Below, piece after piece: positions 21,149 to 30,654 of a DNA stretch of 64,000 bases (its first letter is position 1; each line of letters opens with the position of its first letter). The position numbers and the translations under genes are program-made. Under the pieces are notes generated by a model. It worked only from the letters and a program-made list of their open reading frames with translations. It had not been told where the DNA came from and did not search any database. Where the stretch lies: assembly GCA_965215015.1 (NCBI GenBank), contig OZ244042.1:4032001-4096000 (forward strand), given 5' to 3'. The stretch is from Candidatus Poribacteria bacterium (GTDB taxonomy: Bacteria; Poribacteria; WGA-4E; PCPOR2b).

Positions 21149-21295
21149 ATTTAGCCATCTTAACAGATACCCAGCAACGCGGGTTGCGATTGACAAGTAC
21201 CCAATTCCAGGTAAACGGACCTGTCAATTCTCCGCTGCTGGAGCAGTTCTCAAATACCTAACCTAACACCACCAACTTAGTTAAGGAGTTTAACC

Positions 21296-23893
21296 ATGTA
21301 TCAAACAGGAAAACCGATGCTAATTGCCTGTGCGTTTAGTGTTATTGTGTTACTTCTCGTCCTGTCCACTGCCGTGGCACAGGAATCAACTGAAGCAGAT
21401 ATGTCATCTGAAATGGAAGCTGAAGAAGAGGTTATCGAGCTCGAAGAACAGGTAGTGGTTGGTTCTCGTGGGAAACCGCGTTCTGTCATTGACTCAGCGG
21501 TGCCGATTGATGTTCTCAGCAGCGGTGAGTTCGTCAAGCAAGGAGGTACGGATTTACCGGACCTTCTGAGAAATATTGTTCCCTCTTACAACGTCAATGC
21601 ACAACCTATCAGCGATGCAGCAACCGTCGTGCGCCCTGCGAATTTGCGGGGATTGGCACCCGATCACACCTTGCTACTCGTTAACGGCAAGCGTCGTCAT
21701 CGCGCCTCCGTGATTTCTTGGCTCGGAAATGGATTGGCTGATGGTGCTCAAGGTGCAGATCTATCGCCTATTCCATCCATCGCACTGAAACAGATGGAGG
21801 TACTTCGAGACGGTGCCTCGGCGCAGTACGGGTCCGATGCCATCGCGGGCGTGATGAATTTGCAACTGAAAGATAGCTACAAAGGTGGTTCTTTGCAAAT
21901 CAAACCGGGGGTTTACCAAGCGGGTGATGGTCTATCATATTCTATTGCTGGTAACATCGGTTTAGGGCGAGAGGATCTCTGGACTAACCTCAGCTTGGAA
22001 TACGGTAACGCAGATGAGACGGACCGTTCCGTACAGCGAGATGATGCTGCCGCGCTCATCAAGGCAGGCAATAAAGATGTTGCAAATCCTGCCCAACCTT
22101 GGGGCCATCCGATTATAAGAAACGACCTTAAATTTTTTGGTAACTACGGCGCAGACCTTACTGATGAGATCGAGTTCTACGGGCATGCGAACTACGCACA
22201 GAAGGAGGTCGAAGGCGGGTTTTACTTCCGAAATCCTAATACCCGTGGTGCCGTATTTAGTAACGATGAGGGAGAAACCTTGCTTATCGGGCGTTTGGCA
22301 GGTGATGGGGATATTCCTGAGGTCAAGATAACCGATAATGTCCCAGATCCGGTCGCTTTGCAACAGGTCATTGATGACGAGAATCTTTTTACATTCCAAG
22401 AGATTTTTCCCGGTGGATTCACACCTCGCTTCGGTGCCAATACACAGGATGCTTCTCTCCTCGTTGGACTGAGAGGAACAGTCGCGGAGCAGCTCGGTTG
22501 GGATTTGAGTGGCTCTTACGGACGGCATGCCTCCGATTTCTTTATCAGGAATACCGTCAACGCTTCTCTGGGACCCGAGACCCCCACCGAATTTGATCCG
22601 GGCGATTATATTCAAGCAGATACCAACGTTAATCTTGACCTAACCTACCCACTACATGACATGGTATTCCTTGCTTCAGGAGTAGAATACCGAACAGAAA
22701 GGTTTGAAATTGTGCAGGGACAGGTTGAGTCTTGGGAAATCGGCCCGTTGGCTAGCCAAGGGTTTAGTTCGGGATCGAACGGTTTCCCCGGCTTCAGTGA
22801 TATTGCCGAAGGCACCTGGACTCGGTCTAACTTTGCTGGCTATTTGGAAACTGAGTTGAGGCCGCTTACTTTCTGGCTGGTAGGTGCTGCAGTCCGCGGT
22901 GAATACTTCGACGATTTCGGGAGCACACTCAACTATAAAGTTGCAACGAACTACGGGATAACCGACTCGCTAGCAGAGCTTCTGTCCATTGACTCTATTG
23001 TTAATCTGAGAGTGCGTGGAAGTTACAACACTGGGTTCAGGGCACCGACTCCTGGGCAACAAAACGCCTTTAACGTCACAACTGAATTCGGTGAAAACAA
23101 CACATTGATCAATAGAGGAACCATTCCGTCTACGCATGCTGCAGCGAGTCTGGTAGGTGGCAAGGCACTTGAGCCAGAAAAGTCAAAGAACTTCACTGTT
23201 GGAGCGGTTATCAGCCACAGTCTTGTCAGTCTTACTGTAGACTATTTCAACATCACGGTGGAGGATCGGTTGGCACCTTCCAGAGACTTCACTCGCGGCG
23301 AAGATATAACGGAGGAACAGATTCAGCAGCTGGTGGAGGAAGGTATCACGAGCGCGGCGAACCTTCAAGAGTTCCGATTTTTTACCAATGAGTTTGAAAC
23401 TAGCACCCAAGGTATCGATTTGGTTATCACGGCACCGATAGCGAGAGGTGCGCTGAGTCTCGCTTATAACTACACAGGAACCGAGGTGACCGAATGGAAC
23501 CCGGATATTTTGAACGATGTCCGTGTCAAACTCTTGGAGGAAGGCCTCCCCCGGCACCGCGGCAATGTAACTTTGACACAATCCATTCTCAATAATTTGG
23601 GGGTATTAGGGCGGGTCAATTATTATGGTCCGTGGTATGAGGATGCTGTAGGCGCACAAACCTATGGTAGCGCGTTTTTGGTGGATTTGGAAACGAACTA
23701 CGCAGTTGTCGAAAATGTGTCAGTCACGATGGGTGTTAGCAATGTTCTCAACGTGGAACCGGATAATGTTACCTCCTCTGATCCTGATATTGAAGACTTT
23801 ACTGCTGGAATCGTTGGCAGACCCTTTGGCGAGTACAGTCCATACGGATTTGGTGGTGCGTTCTGGTATGCCAAATGTAACTATAACTTTTAG
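21296..23893 (+). CDS. TonB-dependent outer-membrane receptor
   Basis: Signal peptide; TonB-box-like VVVGSR; plug motifs NLRGL..TLLLVNGKRRH and EVLRDGASAQYGSDAIAGVMN; C-terminal Phe; AAGGAG RBS. Confidence 0.95.
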   Translation: MYQTGKPMLIACAFSVIVLLLVLSTAVAQESTEADMSSEMEAEEEVIELEEQVVVGSRGKPRSVIDSAVPIDVLSSGEFVKQGGTDLPDLLRNIVPSYNVNAQPISDAATVVRPANLRGLAPDHTLLLVNGKRRHRASVISWLGNGLADGAQGADLSPIPSIALKQMEVLRDGASAQYGSDAIAGVMNLQLKDSYKGGSLQIKPGVYQAGDGLSYSIAGNIGLGREDLWTNLSLEYGNADETDRSVQRDDAAALIKAGNKDVANPAQPWGHPIIRNDLKFFGNYGADLTDEIEFYGHANYAQKEVEGGFYFRNPNTRGAVFSNDEGETLLIGRLAGDGDIPEVKITDNVPDPVALQQVIDDENLFTFQEIFPGGFTPRFGANTQDASLLVGLRGTVAEQLGWDLSGSYGRHASDFFIRNTVNASLGPETPTEFDPGDYIQADTNVNLDLTYPLHDMVFLASGVEYRTERFEIVQGQVESWEIGPLASQGFSSGSNGFPGFSDIAEGTWTRSNFAGYLETELRPLTFWLVGAAVRGEYFDDFGSTLNYKVATNYGITDSLAELLSIDSIVNLRVRGSYNTGFRAPTPGQQNAFNVTTEFGENNTLINRGTIPSTHAAASLVGGKALEPEKSKNFTVGAVISHSLVSLTVDYFNITVEDRLAPSRDFTRGEDITEEQIQQLVEEGITSAANLQEFRFFTNEFETSTQGIDLVITAPIARGALSLAYNYTGTEVTEWNPDILNDVRVKLLEEGLPRHRGNVTLTQSILNNLGVLGRVNYYGPWYEDAVGAQTYGSAFLVDLETNYAVVENVSVTMGVSNVLNVEPDNVTSSDPDIEDFTAGIVGRPFGEYSPYGFGGAFWYAKCNYNF

Positions 23894-23935
23894 GATTTTG
23901 TCAATGACAGCACGCGGAGGCGTGCCTACTACTAT

Positions 23936-24247
23936 TTGACGTACTCCCAACCCGAAAGGATTGGGATTCCTTTGAATGTCTCCCCGTCCTGGTTTCTTAG
24001 GGGTTACCGTATCTGGTATGGAGCTATTTTCCGGGCCTCGTGGGCGGTTCTTGCGTCAACTCAATAGGCAACACCGAGTGCAAACTCGGCGGCGCAAGCC
24101 ATTTGGCACCCTACGGAAACGTCTGAAACCGGTGAGACCGCCCGATATTGCAAACCCATCCCAATCCTAGACCACGTTTCCCGATGCGATGGGCAGTTGA
24201 GAGCATCGGCGAGGATGTCCGATGTTTTATCCTCTCGACCCGTGGAC
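23936..24247 (-). ncRNA. Putative structured RNA / non-autonomous IS200-IS605 derivative, copy B
   Basis: Minus strand reads GTCCACGGGTCGAGAGGATAAAACATCGGAC...TCTCACCGGTTTCAGACGTTTCCGTAGGG...GGAATCCCAATCCTTTCGGGTTGGGAGTACGTCAA. Confidence 0.55.
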
Positions 24248-24316
24248 ACAACAAGTGAAACCCAACACTAATAATCAGCGGGTTGGTTGAATTAGGGGTG
24301 TTGGGTTTCACTTTTT

Positions 24317-24350
24317 TTGACGTACTCCACCCCCTGAAGGGTGGAGATTG
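24317..24350 (-). repeat. Additional IS200/IS605-type right-end hairpin
   Basis: Minus strand AATCTCCACCCTTCAGGGGGTGGAGTACGTCAA has the same architecture as 23936 and 34659. Confidence 0.55.
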
Positions 24351-24493
24351 TTATCTGTTAGGGTATCGAATTTATGAGCACCCCTCATTTATGTGAGGGG
24401 TGTCCGTCATTCAAGGCCCGGCATCCAATGGGTTGGGAGCACAACTCCCTACGCATGGAGAGGTGTTAAGAAATAAATACATCAAAAGCTATT

Positions 24494-24843
24494 TAGGAGT
24501 TACGCACTTGAGTTTGTCGTAAGGTAATTCAACCCGCATCACGATAGACCATAAATTGCCCGATAGTAGTAGGCATAAGGGGTATGCCGTACCCCCTAAG
24601 CCCTCCCTCAGTCCCGAATATCCACACGGTATCTCTTCCCCCTGCTTGCGGGGGGACTAAGGGGGGTAGGCTCAATGAGCCAGGACCTGACGGACAACCC
24701 ACCGGATATTTAGCAGGGGGAGGGTACGCGGAGCGTGCCCACTCCTTTGGGATTCTCTGTCGCTGTCCGATTCATCGAGCAACGATGAACATTAGGCACC
24801 CTTTTCTGGTGTTGGCTTCGAGGGTTCAACGGCGTAAGCCCTA
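24494..24843. mobile_element. MITE-like element, family A (TAGGA[CG]TTACGC...GCGTAAG[TC]CCTA)
   Basis: Terminal inverted repeats bounded by TA; related copies at 30181, 47853, 48497, 50137, 50653 and 55888. Confidence 0.65.
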
Positions 24844-24984
24844 TCATAATAAAAACTGGGTGCAATGATTGAATAAATGTGCTAAACTCTTAGGTGTGGA
24901 TTTCCCTATACTCAATCTAATTGATAGAGGTGAACTCAACCCAAGGATTGATAACCGGACCTCGCTTAAGGGGGTTTGTAGCAA

Positions 24985-26235
24985 ATGTCAACTAAAAATA
25001 ACAAAGCCGAACCCCAAGCCCATCACCACGATGATTTACACACCCGTCTAGCCTTCCTGAAGTTCAGTCAACAGGACGAAGAGCATCTCAAAGCCCTCTC
25101 AGAAGTTTTTGCTCCCTACATTCCCGATATCGTGCGTAGTTTCTATCAACATCTACAAAAGTTTGAAGAAACCGCTTCGCTGCTGACCGACGAATTGATT
25201 ACAACGCGGTTACTCGATGCACAACAACACTATCTTGAGAGATTGACGGAAGGAAATTATGATCAACAGTATGCAGCGGAACGCTCCCAAATCGGATATG
25301 CCCACAATCGTGTTGGACTTGCACCGAGGTGGTATATTGGGACGTACAATTTGTATATCCATCTCCTTATCCCGTTGATATGTCAGGCGTACTGCGATGA
25401 ACCAGAGCGGGCTCAGAATGCTATCCTCGCCCTGACGAAGGTGCTGATGCTGGATATGCAACTAGCAATCGAAACGTATATCGAACGGCAGGAGTTGGAA
25501 GCAGAGATTATTCAATCCGAGAGATTCGCTGCAATCGGGCAACTGGCAGCCCGCGTCGCCCACGAGCTTCGCAACCCGCTATCTTCGGTGGAGCTGAATT
25601 TGGATTTGCTCGCCGATGAAGTCGCCGATGGTCCAGAGATGGATGTCGCAGAAGCGAAGGATTTGCTTAAATCTATTCACAATGAAGTCGAACGGTTGGC
25701 TAACATTGTCTCAGAATATCTAGTGTTTGCAAGATTGCCCCGTTTTGAATTTGAGCGTGAATCGCTCAATACTGTCATACAGACCTTTTGTAACTTTATT
25801 GAACCACAGCTGCAGCAAGCCCAAATCACCTTTGCGATAGAACTCGCTGAGAACTTGCCTTTTACCTTACTGGATGCCGAACAGATTCAATGTGTCTTGC
25901 ATAACTTGCTCAAAAACGCCATCGAAGCCATGTCTTCAGGTGGCGAATTTTCAATCCGCACTAGCGTTGAATCCTCTTGGATTGTGCTGCGAATTTCCGA
26001 CACCGGCGTGGGCATCCCGCTGCCGGATCAGAGACGAATCTTTGCTCCCTTTTTCACTACCAAGAAAGGGGGGACCGGTTTGGGACTTTCGCTTGCCGGG
26101 GAAATCATCAAGCATCATCAAGGGACAATTCTTTGTAAGAGTGTTGTTGGTCAGGGAACACAGTTTACTATCACGTTTCCAATACGGGACGAGGAACCGA
26201 GCGAAAGTGGAATAATGGAACAAGCCGCCACCTAG
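24985..26235 (+). CDS. Globin-coupled (protoglobin-domain) sensor histidine kinase
   Basis: Sensor globin motifs (RLAFLKF, SFYQHL, IGYAHNRVGLAPRWYIGTY with proximal His); H-box AHELRNPL; N box NLLKNA; DTGVGI, FFTTK and GTGLGL; no transmembrane helix. Confidence 0.92.
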   Translation: MSTKNNKAEPQAHHHDDLHTRLAFLKFSQQDEEHLKALSEVFAPYIPDIVRSFYQHLQKFEETASLLTDELITTRLLDAQQHYLERLTEGNYDQQYAAERSQIGYAHNRVGLAPRWYIGTYNLYIHLLIPLICQAYCDEPERAQNAILALTKVLMLDMQLAIETYIERQELEAEIIQSERFAAIGQLAARVAHELRNPLSSVELNLDLLADEVADGPEMDVAEAKDLLKSIHNEVERLANIVSEYLVFARLPRFEFERESLNTVIQTFCNFIEPQLQQAQITFAIELAENLPFTLLDAEQIQCVLHNLLKNAIEAMSSGGEFSIRTSVESSWIVLRISDTGVGIPLPDQRRIFAPFFTTKKGGTGLGLSLAGEIIKHHQGTILCKSVVGQGTQFTITFPIRDEEPSESGIMEQAAT

Positions 26236-26273
26236 ATCACCAAAATACATCACATGCTGGAGGGGCGATAATC

Positions 26274-27638
26274 ATGAATGAAGATAAATTAGTTCTAGTG
26301 GTCGATGATGATGCGCCTATTCGAGACTCCCTTGAAAAGATTTTAAAACGAGATGGCTACGCTATCCAAACTGCCGCGGATGGCGAATCCGCTCTAGAAG
26401 TGATTCGTCACCAACCGGTCAATCTGATTCTTGCCGATTTGAGAATGCCCAACATGGATGGATTACGATTACTCAAAGCTGCCAAAATACTTTCCCCTGA
26501 AATCGAGGTCATTCTCATGACGGCCTACGGTGAAGTGGATACAGCTGTTGAAGCGATGCAAGCAGGGGCGTATCACTTTATCCAAAAACCGTTGAAGCGT
26601 TCTGAAATTCTGCTCACCATCGCCCGCGCCCTTGAAAAACAGATGTTGGCTATCGAAGTCAAATCTTTACGCGAACAGATGGGGGCCGAACATTCTTTGG
26701 GCAACATCATCGGAAAAAGTCCCGCCATGCGTCAATTGATTACGAAAACGCAGCAGGTTGCGTCAAGCACTGCGACTATCCTAATCACCGGTGAAAGTGG
26801 GACCGGCAAAGAGGTGTTTGCCAACGCAATCCACGCTTTAAGCCCAAGAACGAATAAACCGATGATTAAAATCAATTGCGGCGCGTTCCCGGACACCCTG
26901 TTGGAGTCTGAGCTTTTTGGGTATGAAAAAGGGGCATTCACAGACGCCAAATCGAGTAAGCCTGGACGTTTTGAACTTGCGGATGAGGGAACGCTCTTTT
27001 TAGACGAAATTGGTGAAATGCCTAAACCGCTGCAGGTTAAGTTGTTACGGGTTCTACAAGATGGTAAATTCGAGCGACTTGGTGGAACGAAGCCTCTCTG
27101 CGTGGACGTGCGCTTAATCGCCGCCACAAATAAAAATTTAACGATGGCAGTCGAAGCTGGCAATTTTCGGGATGACCTGTTTTATCGGCTCAATGTGATT
27201 ACCCTCGACCTTCCCCCGCTACGCGCTCGAAGAGAGGATATTCCACTGTTTGTAGACTGTTTCCTAAAAAAATATAGTGAAAAGGCGGGGAAACCGATTC
27301 GGGGCATTTCTCGTCAAGCGTTGGAAGCACTTGAAGCCTATTATTGGCCGGGCAATATCCGTGAATTGGAAAACGCGATTGAACAAGCGGTGGTGTTGAC
27401 ACAATCCAATACCATCGAACGGATGAATCTTCCAGCATCGATTCACCAGGGGAGCAAGGACTCGACTTATCCCCACGACCCGAAGTCGATTGTTGTTCCC
27501 TTGGGTACACCTATGGAAGAAATCGAGCAGAAAGTGATAACTGGGGTGCTTTCGATGACTTCTGGAGACAAGGAATTGACTGCGAAGTTACTTGGACTCT
27601 CGGCACGAACCATCTATCGCAAGTTGGAAAAGGGTTAG
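26274..27638 (+). CDS. Sigma54-dependent NtrC/Fis-family response regulator (bEBP)
   Basis: REC domain (VVDDD, DLRMP); GESGTGKE, ESELFG.EKGAFTDA, FLDEIGE and WPGNIREL; C-terminal HTH (LLGLSARTIYRKL). Confidence 0.95.
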   Translation: MNEDKLVLVVDDDAPIRDSLEKILKRDGYAIQTAADGESALEVIRHQPVNLILADLRMPNMDGLRLLKAAKILSPEIEVILMTAYGEVDTAVEAMQAGAYHFIQKPLKRSEILLTIARALEKQMLAIEVKSLREQMGAEHSLGNIIGKSPAMRQLITKTQQVASSTATILITGESGTGKEVFANAIHALSPRTNKPMIKINCGAFPDTLLESELFGYEKGAFTDAKSSKPGRFELADEGTLFLDEIGEMPKPLQVKLLRVLQDGKFERLGGTKPLCVDVRLIAATNKNLTMAVEAGNFRDDLFYRLNVITLDLPPLRARREDIPLFVDCFLKKYSEKAGKPIRGISRQALEALEAYYWPGNIRELENAIEQAVVLTQSNTIERMNLPASIHQGSKDSTYPHDPKSIVVPLGTPMEEIEQKVITGVLSMTSGDKELTAKLLGLSARTIYRKLEKG

Positions 27639-27682
27639 AGGTACTAGTACGATAAGGATAATCCCCCGAAGGAGGAAACACG

Positions 27683-28444
27683 ATGATTCAAAACGTTCTC
27701 GTCGCGATTGGCGACACCCCCCACGAAAAAAATGCCTTTGAATATGCCGGGCATTTAGCTGTCCTGTTAGACGCCCACCTTTCGTGCGTCCACTTTGCCG
27801 ATGAAACACATCACGGTCAGGAAGACATTGCCGCCAGAATTTTCGACAACATAGACTCGGCACTCGCTGAGTTCGAGTTTTTATCCGCACACGTTGATAC
27901 CATCACTGGCAATCCTGTAAGAAACCTCTGTGAAAAGGCACATACTGCCGATCTCGTCGTGGTCGGTATCCCTGAATCAATTAAGAGGCAGGGATTGCGA
28001 TTGATCCACGACAGGATTGACGATATTTTGTCCCACATTACAAAGCCGACGATTGTTGTCCATGAGCAATGTACAATTCTGAAGAAAATCTTAACAGTCC
28101 ATCACGGCGATGCGGCATCCGACCACGTCCTTGAATTGGCAGCGGAATTGGCAAAGCGAACCAAGGCAAGCTTACTCAATTTGGCACTGGCGAATACACA
28201 GATAAGGGCCGCTGAGATTTCTGGACAGATGCGTGAGTATTTGCAATACCACAACGTGGAAACAGAGTTCAGAGCACAGGTAGGTTTCACCGTAACCAAC
28301 ATTCTGGAAACAGCATCGAAAGAGGACTGTGACCTAATCGCGCTGAGTGCAAATTATCATGGGCGGTTGTATGAGCTGATTTTTCAGGACACGACGGAGA
28401 TGGTTGTGAAACTCGCGGATCGAGCGGTACTTGTCACTCGGTAG
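27683..28444 (+). CDS. Universal stress protein (tandem USP domains)
   Basis: MIQNVLVAI, ADLVVVG, KKILTV, CDLIAL and AVLVTR motifs. Confidence 0.8.
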   Translation: MIQNVLVAIGDTPHEKNAFEYAGHLAVLLDAHLSCVHFADETHHGQEDIAARIFDNIDSALAEFEFLSAHVDTITGNPVRNLCEKAHTADLVVVGIPESIKRQGLRLIHDRIDDILSHITKPTIVVHEQCTILKKILTVHHGDAASDHVLELAAELAKRTKASLLNLALANTQIRAAEISGQMREYLQYHNVETEFRAQVGFTVTNILETASKEDCDLIALSANYHGRLYELIFQDTTEMVVKLADRAVLVTR

Positions 28445-28655
28445 TGTATCGATGTTACGGTTTTGGCGGTGCTCGTTGCTTTTCCCTTCATCCCCGCACC
28501 GTTCAAAGACCGAGAGTGAAACGTGAAGCGTAACACGTGAAAGCAATTGGTTCACGGGGGCATCAACGAATCCATGAGCACTTGGCGGATAAGATCAAAG
28601 CCAACCTGAAGGACGACCTCTTGGAAATTCACTTGTCGCAGAAGGGTGAGGTGAT

Positions 28656-29900
28656 ATGATGGGGCTCGGGCTATTTGAACCGCTAGCGATTGCGCTCGGC
28701 GTGGGGTTGTTAGTTGGCATGCAGCGGGAGAGGAAGACGTCTTCTATTGCGGGCATCCGCACCTTTCCACTTATCACCATACTGGGCTCGCTTTCGGCCC
28801 TACTTGCGGACGCGTTCAACGGTTGGGTTCTCGCGGCGGGGTTTCTCGCTGTGAGCACGATGCTGTTGGTTGGCGATCTAGAACAATTTGGCAAGGGAGA
28901 GATTAATCTTGGCCTGACGACGGAGATGGCGGGGTTAGTCATGTTCGGCGTTGGGGCTGCGCTCATTAAAGGCTACACGGCTCCAGCGATTGCGGTCAGC
29001 GGCGTGGTGGTGGTGCTACTACACTGGAAGCAGCCTCTCCAGAACTTCGTCAACAAGATTAGTGAGAGCGATTTCAAGGCAATTATCCAGCTGGTGCTGA
29101 TTGGGCTAGTCGTCCTGCCCGTGCTGCCGAACCAGACATATGGCTGGTACAACGTTCTCAACCCCTACAAGATTTGGTTGATGGTAGTTCTGATTTCGGG
29201 TATCAGTCTGATTGCCTATGTCGCATACAAACTTCTGGGGGCTCGGGTCGGTGCGATTCTCGGTGGTGCGCTGGGTGGGTTTATCTCTAGTACTGCGACG
29301 ACCGTCAGCTTTTCACGACAAACCAAGACACATTCTGATGCCGCGCCGATGGCCTCCCTGGTTATCCTGATTGCGTCTACGACTGTATTTGGACGTATCC
29401 TGTTGGAAATTGGCATCGTCGCTCCCGAATTTTTGCCAAGTGCCGCCGCCCCGCTTGGAATTGTAATGGGACTAATGGCGATACTCTGCGTCATCTGCTT
29501 TCTGCGAGTAGGGGGAAATAGTATAGACAATCCGACACACAACAACCCAGCGCAATTGAAAGTGGCAATAATCTTTGGGGGCTTATACGCGGTCATTCTC
29601 CTCGCTGTTGCCGCAGCCAAAGTGCACTTCGGCACTGGGGGTATGTATCTCGTGGCGATGCTGTCGGGCCTGACTGACATGGACGCGATTACGCTTTCAA
29701 CCGCAGAATTGGTGAAGACAGGGCGCGTCACCACTGACACCGGTTGGCGGGTGATTCTCCTAGCGGCACTATCTAATCTGGTGTTTAAAGGGGGGGCGGT
29801 CGCCGTGCTTGGCAGCCGCAGCCTTCTGATTTCTATTTCAATTCTATTTTCCATAGCACTGACCGGCGGCGGATTGTTGTTGGCATTTTGGCCGTATTGA
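28656..29900 (+). CDS. MgtC/SapB family membrane protein with DUF4010 domain
   Basis: GLLVGMQRE..AGIRTF, GLTTE, NPYKIWLMVVLI, GGFISSTATT and GLTDMDA motifs. Confidence 0.9.
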   Translation: MMGLGLFEPLAIALGVGLLVGMQRERKTSSIAGIRTFPLITILGSLSALLADAFNGWVLAAGFLAVSTMLLVGDLEQFGKGEINLGLTTEMAGLVMFGVGAALIKGYTAPAIAVSGVVVVLLHWKQPLQNFVNKISESDFKAIIQLVLIGLVVLPVLPNQTYGWYNVLNPYKIWLMVVLISGISLIAYVAYKLLGARVGAILGGALGGFISSTATTVSFSRQTKTHSDAAPMASLVILIASTTVFGRILLEIGIVAPEFLPSAAAPLGIVMGLMAILCVICFLRVGGNSIDNPTHNNPAQLKVAIIFGGLYAVILLAVAAAKVHFGTGGMYLVAMLSGLTDMDAITLSTAELVKTGRVTTDTGWRVILLAALSNLVFKGGAVAVLGSRSLLISISILFSIALTGGGLLLAFWPY

Positions 29901-30180
29901 GAGAGGCACTTTGTCTCGTAGGGAGAAACAACCCGTTAGGCAGGCAAAACTCTTACCACGCTTGAGTAAAGAAACCAGGGCCATGTGAAAAGAAAGTGCA
30001 AAAGGCGAGGCGCGTGAAAGGTGAAAACAGTTGGCTCATGGGTGCGGTCGGGCTTGGAAGCCCGACCTACGGGGCTCAGAAAAAAAGAAAATGCAAAGCC
30101 TGCAGAGAAACTGTAGAGGCAGGTTGCCCCGCCCCTCCTTGCCAAAAACTCGGTTGCTGTTGCACGATTTCTTAATATGA

Positions 30181-30524
30181 TAGGACTTACGCAGTTGAAC
30201 GTTCAAACCCGCGTATTTCGGTGTCTCATCAAATACTGAGTGTGTCCCTCGACAGTTCACGACGCCCGATGAATCGGGCAACTCCAGTTCAGCCGACAGG
30301 AGTCGGCCCGCTCCGCGTGCCATCCCCTTGCTTGCGGGAGGAAGCCCCCCCTAACCCCCCCGCAAGCGGAGGGGAAAGAACGCAGGCGAGGGGGATAGAG
30401 GGGGGACACCCCACCACCGGGTATTTAGCGGGGGGAAGGGGGGACGGCATACGATGGCGTATACCTACTCCCTTAAAGACGCTGGTTGAATTGCGCGGCT
30501 ACAAACTCAAGTGTGTAACTCCTA
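30181..30524. mobile_element. MITE-like element, family A (opposite orientation to 24494)
   Basis: Starts TAGGACTTACGCAGTTGAAC and ends ACAAACTCAAGTGTGTAACTCCTA. Confidence 0.65.
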
Positions 30525-30654
30525 ACATGCGCCAGAAGCAAAAAGCCTATACTCTTGGGACGATAAAATGAACAGATGAACAAATGACGCAATATGCAAT
30601 ACGTCACACATATTACGCATGAGGTGCTCTCGCGGTAACTGGAGAAGATTACAC

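Noticed and set aside
20797-24247. Classical composite transposon carrying the TonB receptor
   Set aside because: No transposase, the copies are diverged, the right ends face inward, and IS200/IS605 chemistry needs left and right ends on the same strand.
24584-24868. Short ORFs inside repeats (also 30221-30571, 23976-24170, 20957-21196, 11089-11565)
   Set aside because: They lie largely within MITE/REP or non-coding elements and have no coding signature.
24905-24930. FNR box upstream of the globin kinase
   Set aside because: TCAATCTAATTGA is palindromic but does not match TTGAT-N4-ATCAA.
30585-30606. TGACG-N12-CGTCA operator before the Lon-like gene
   Set aside because: Single occurrence, embedded in degenerate short tandem repeats; no sigma54 promoter found nearby.
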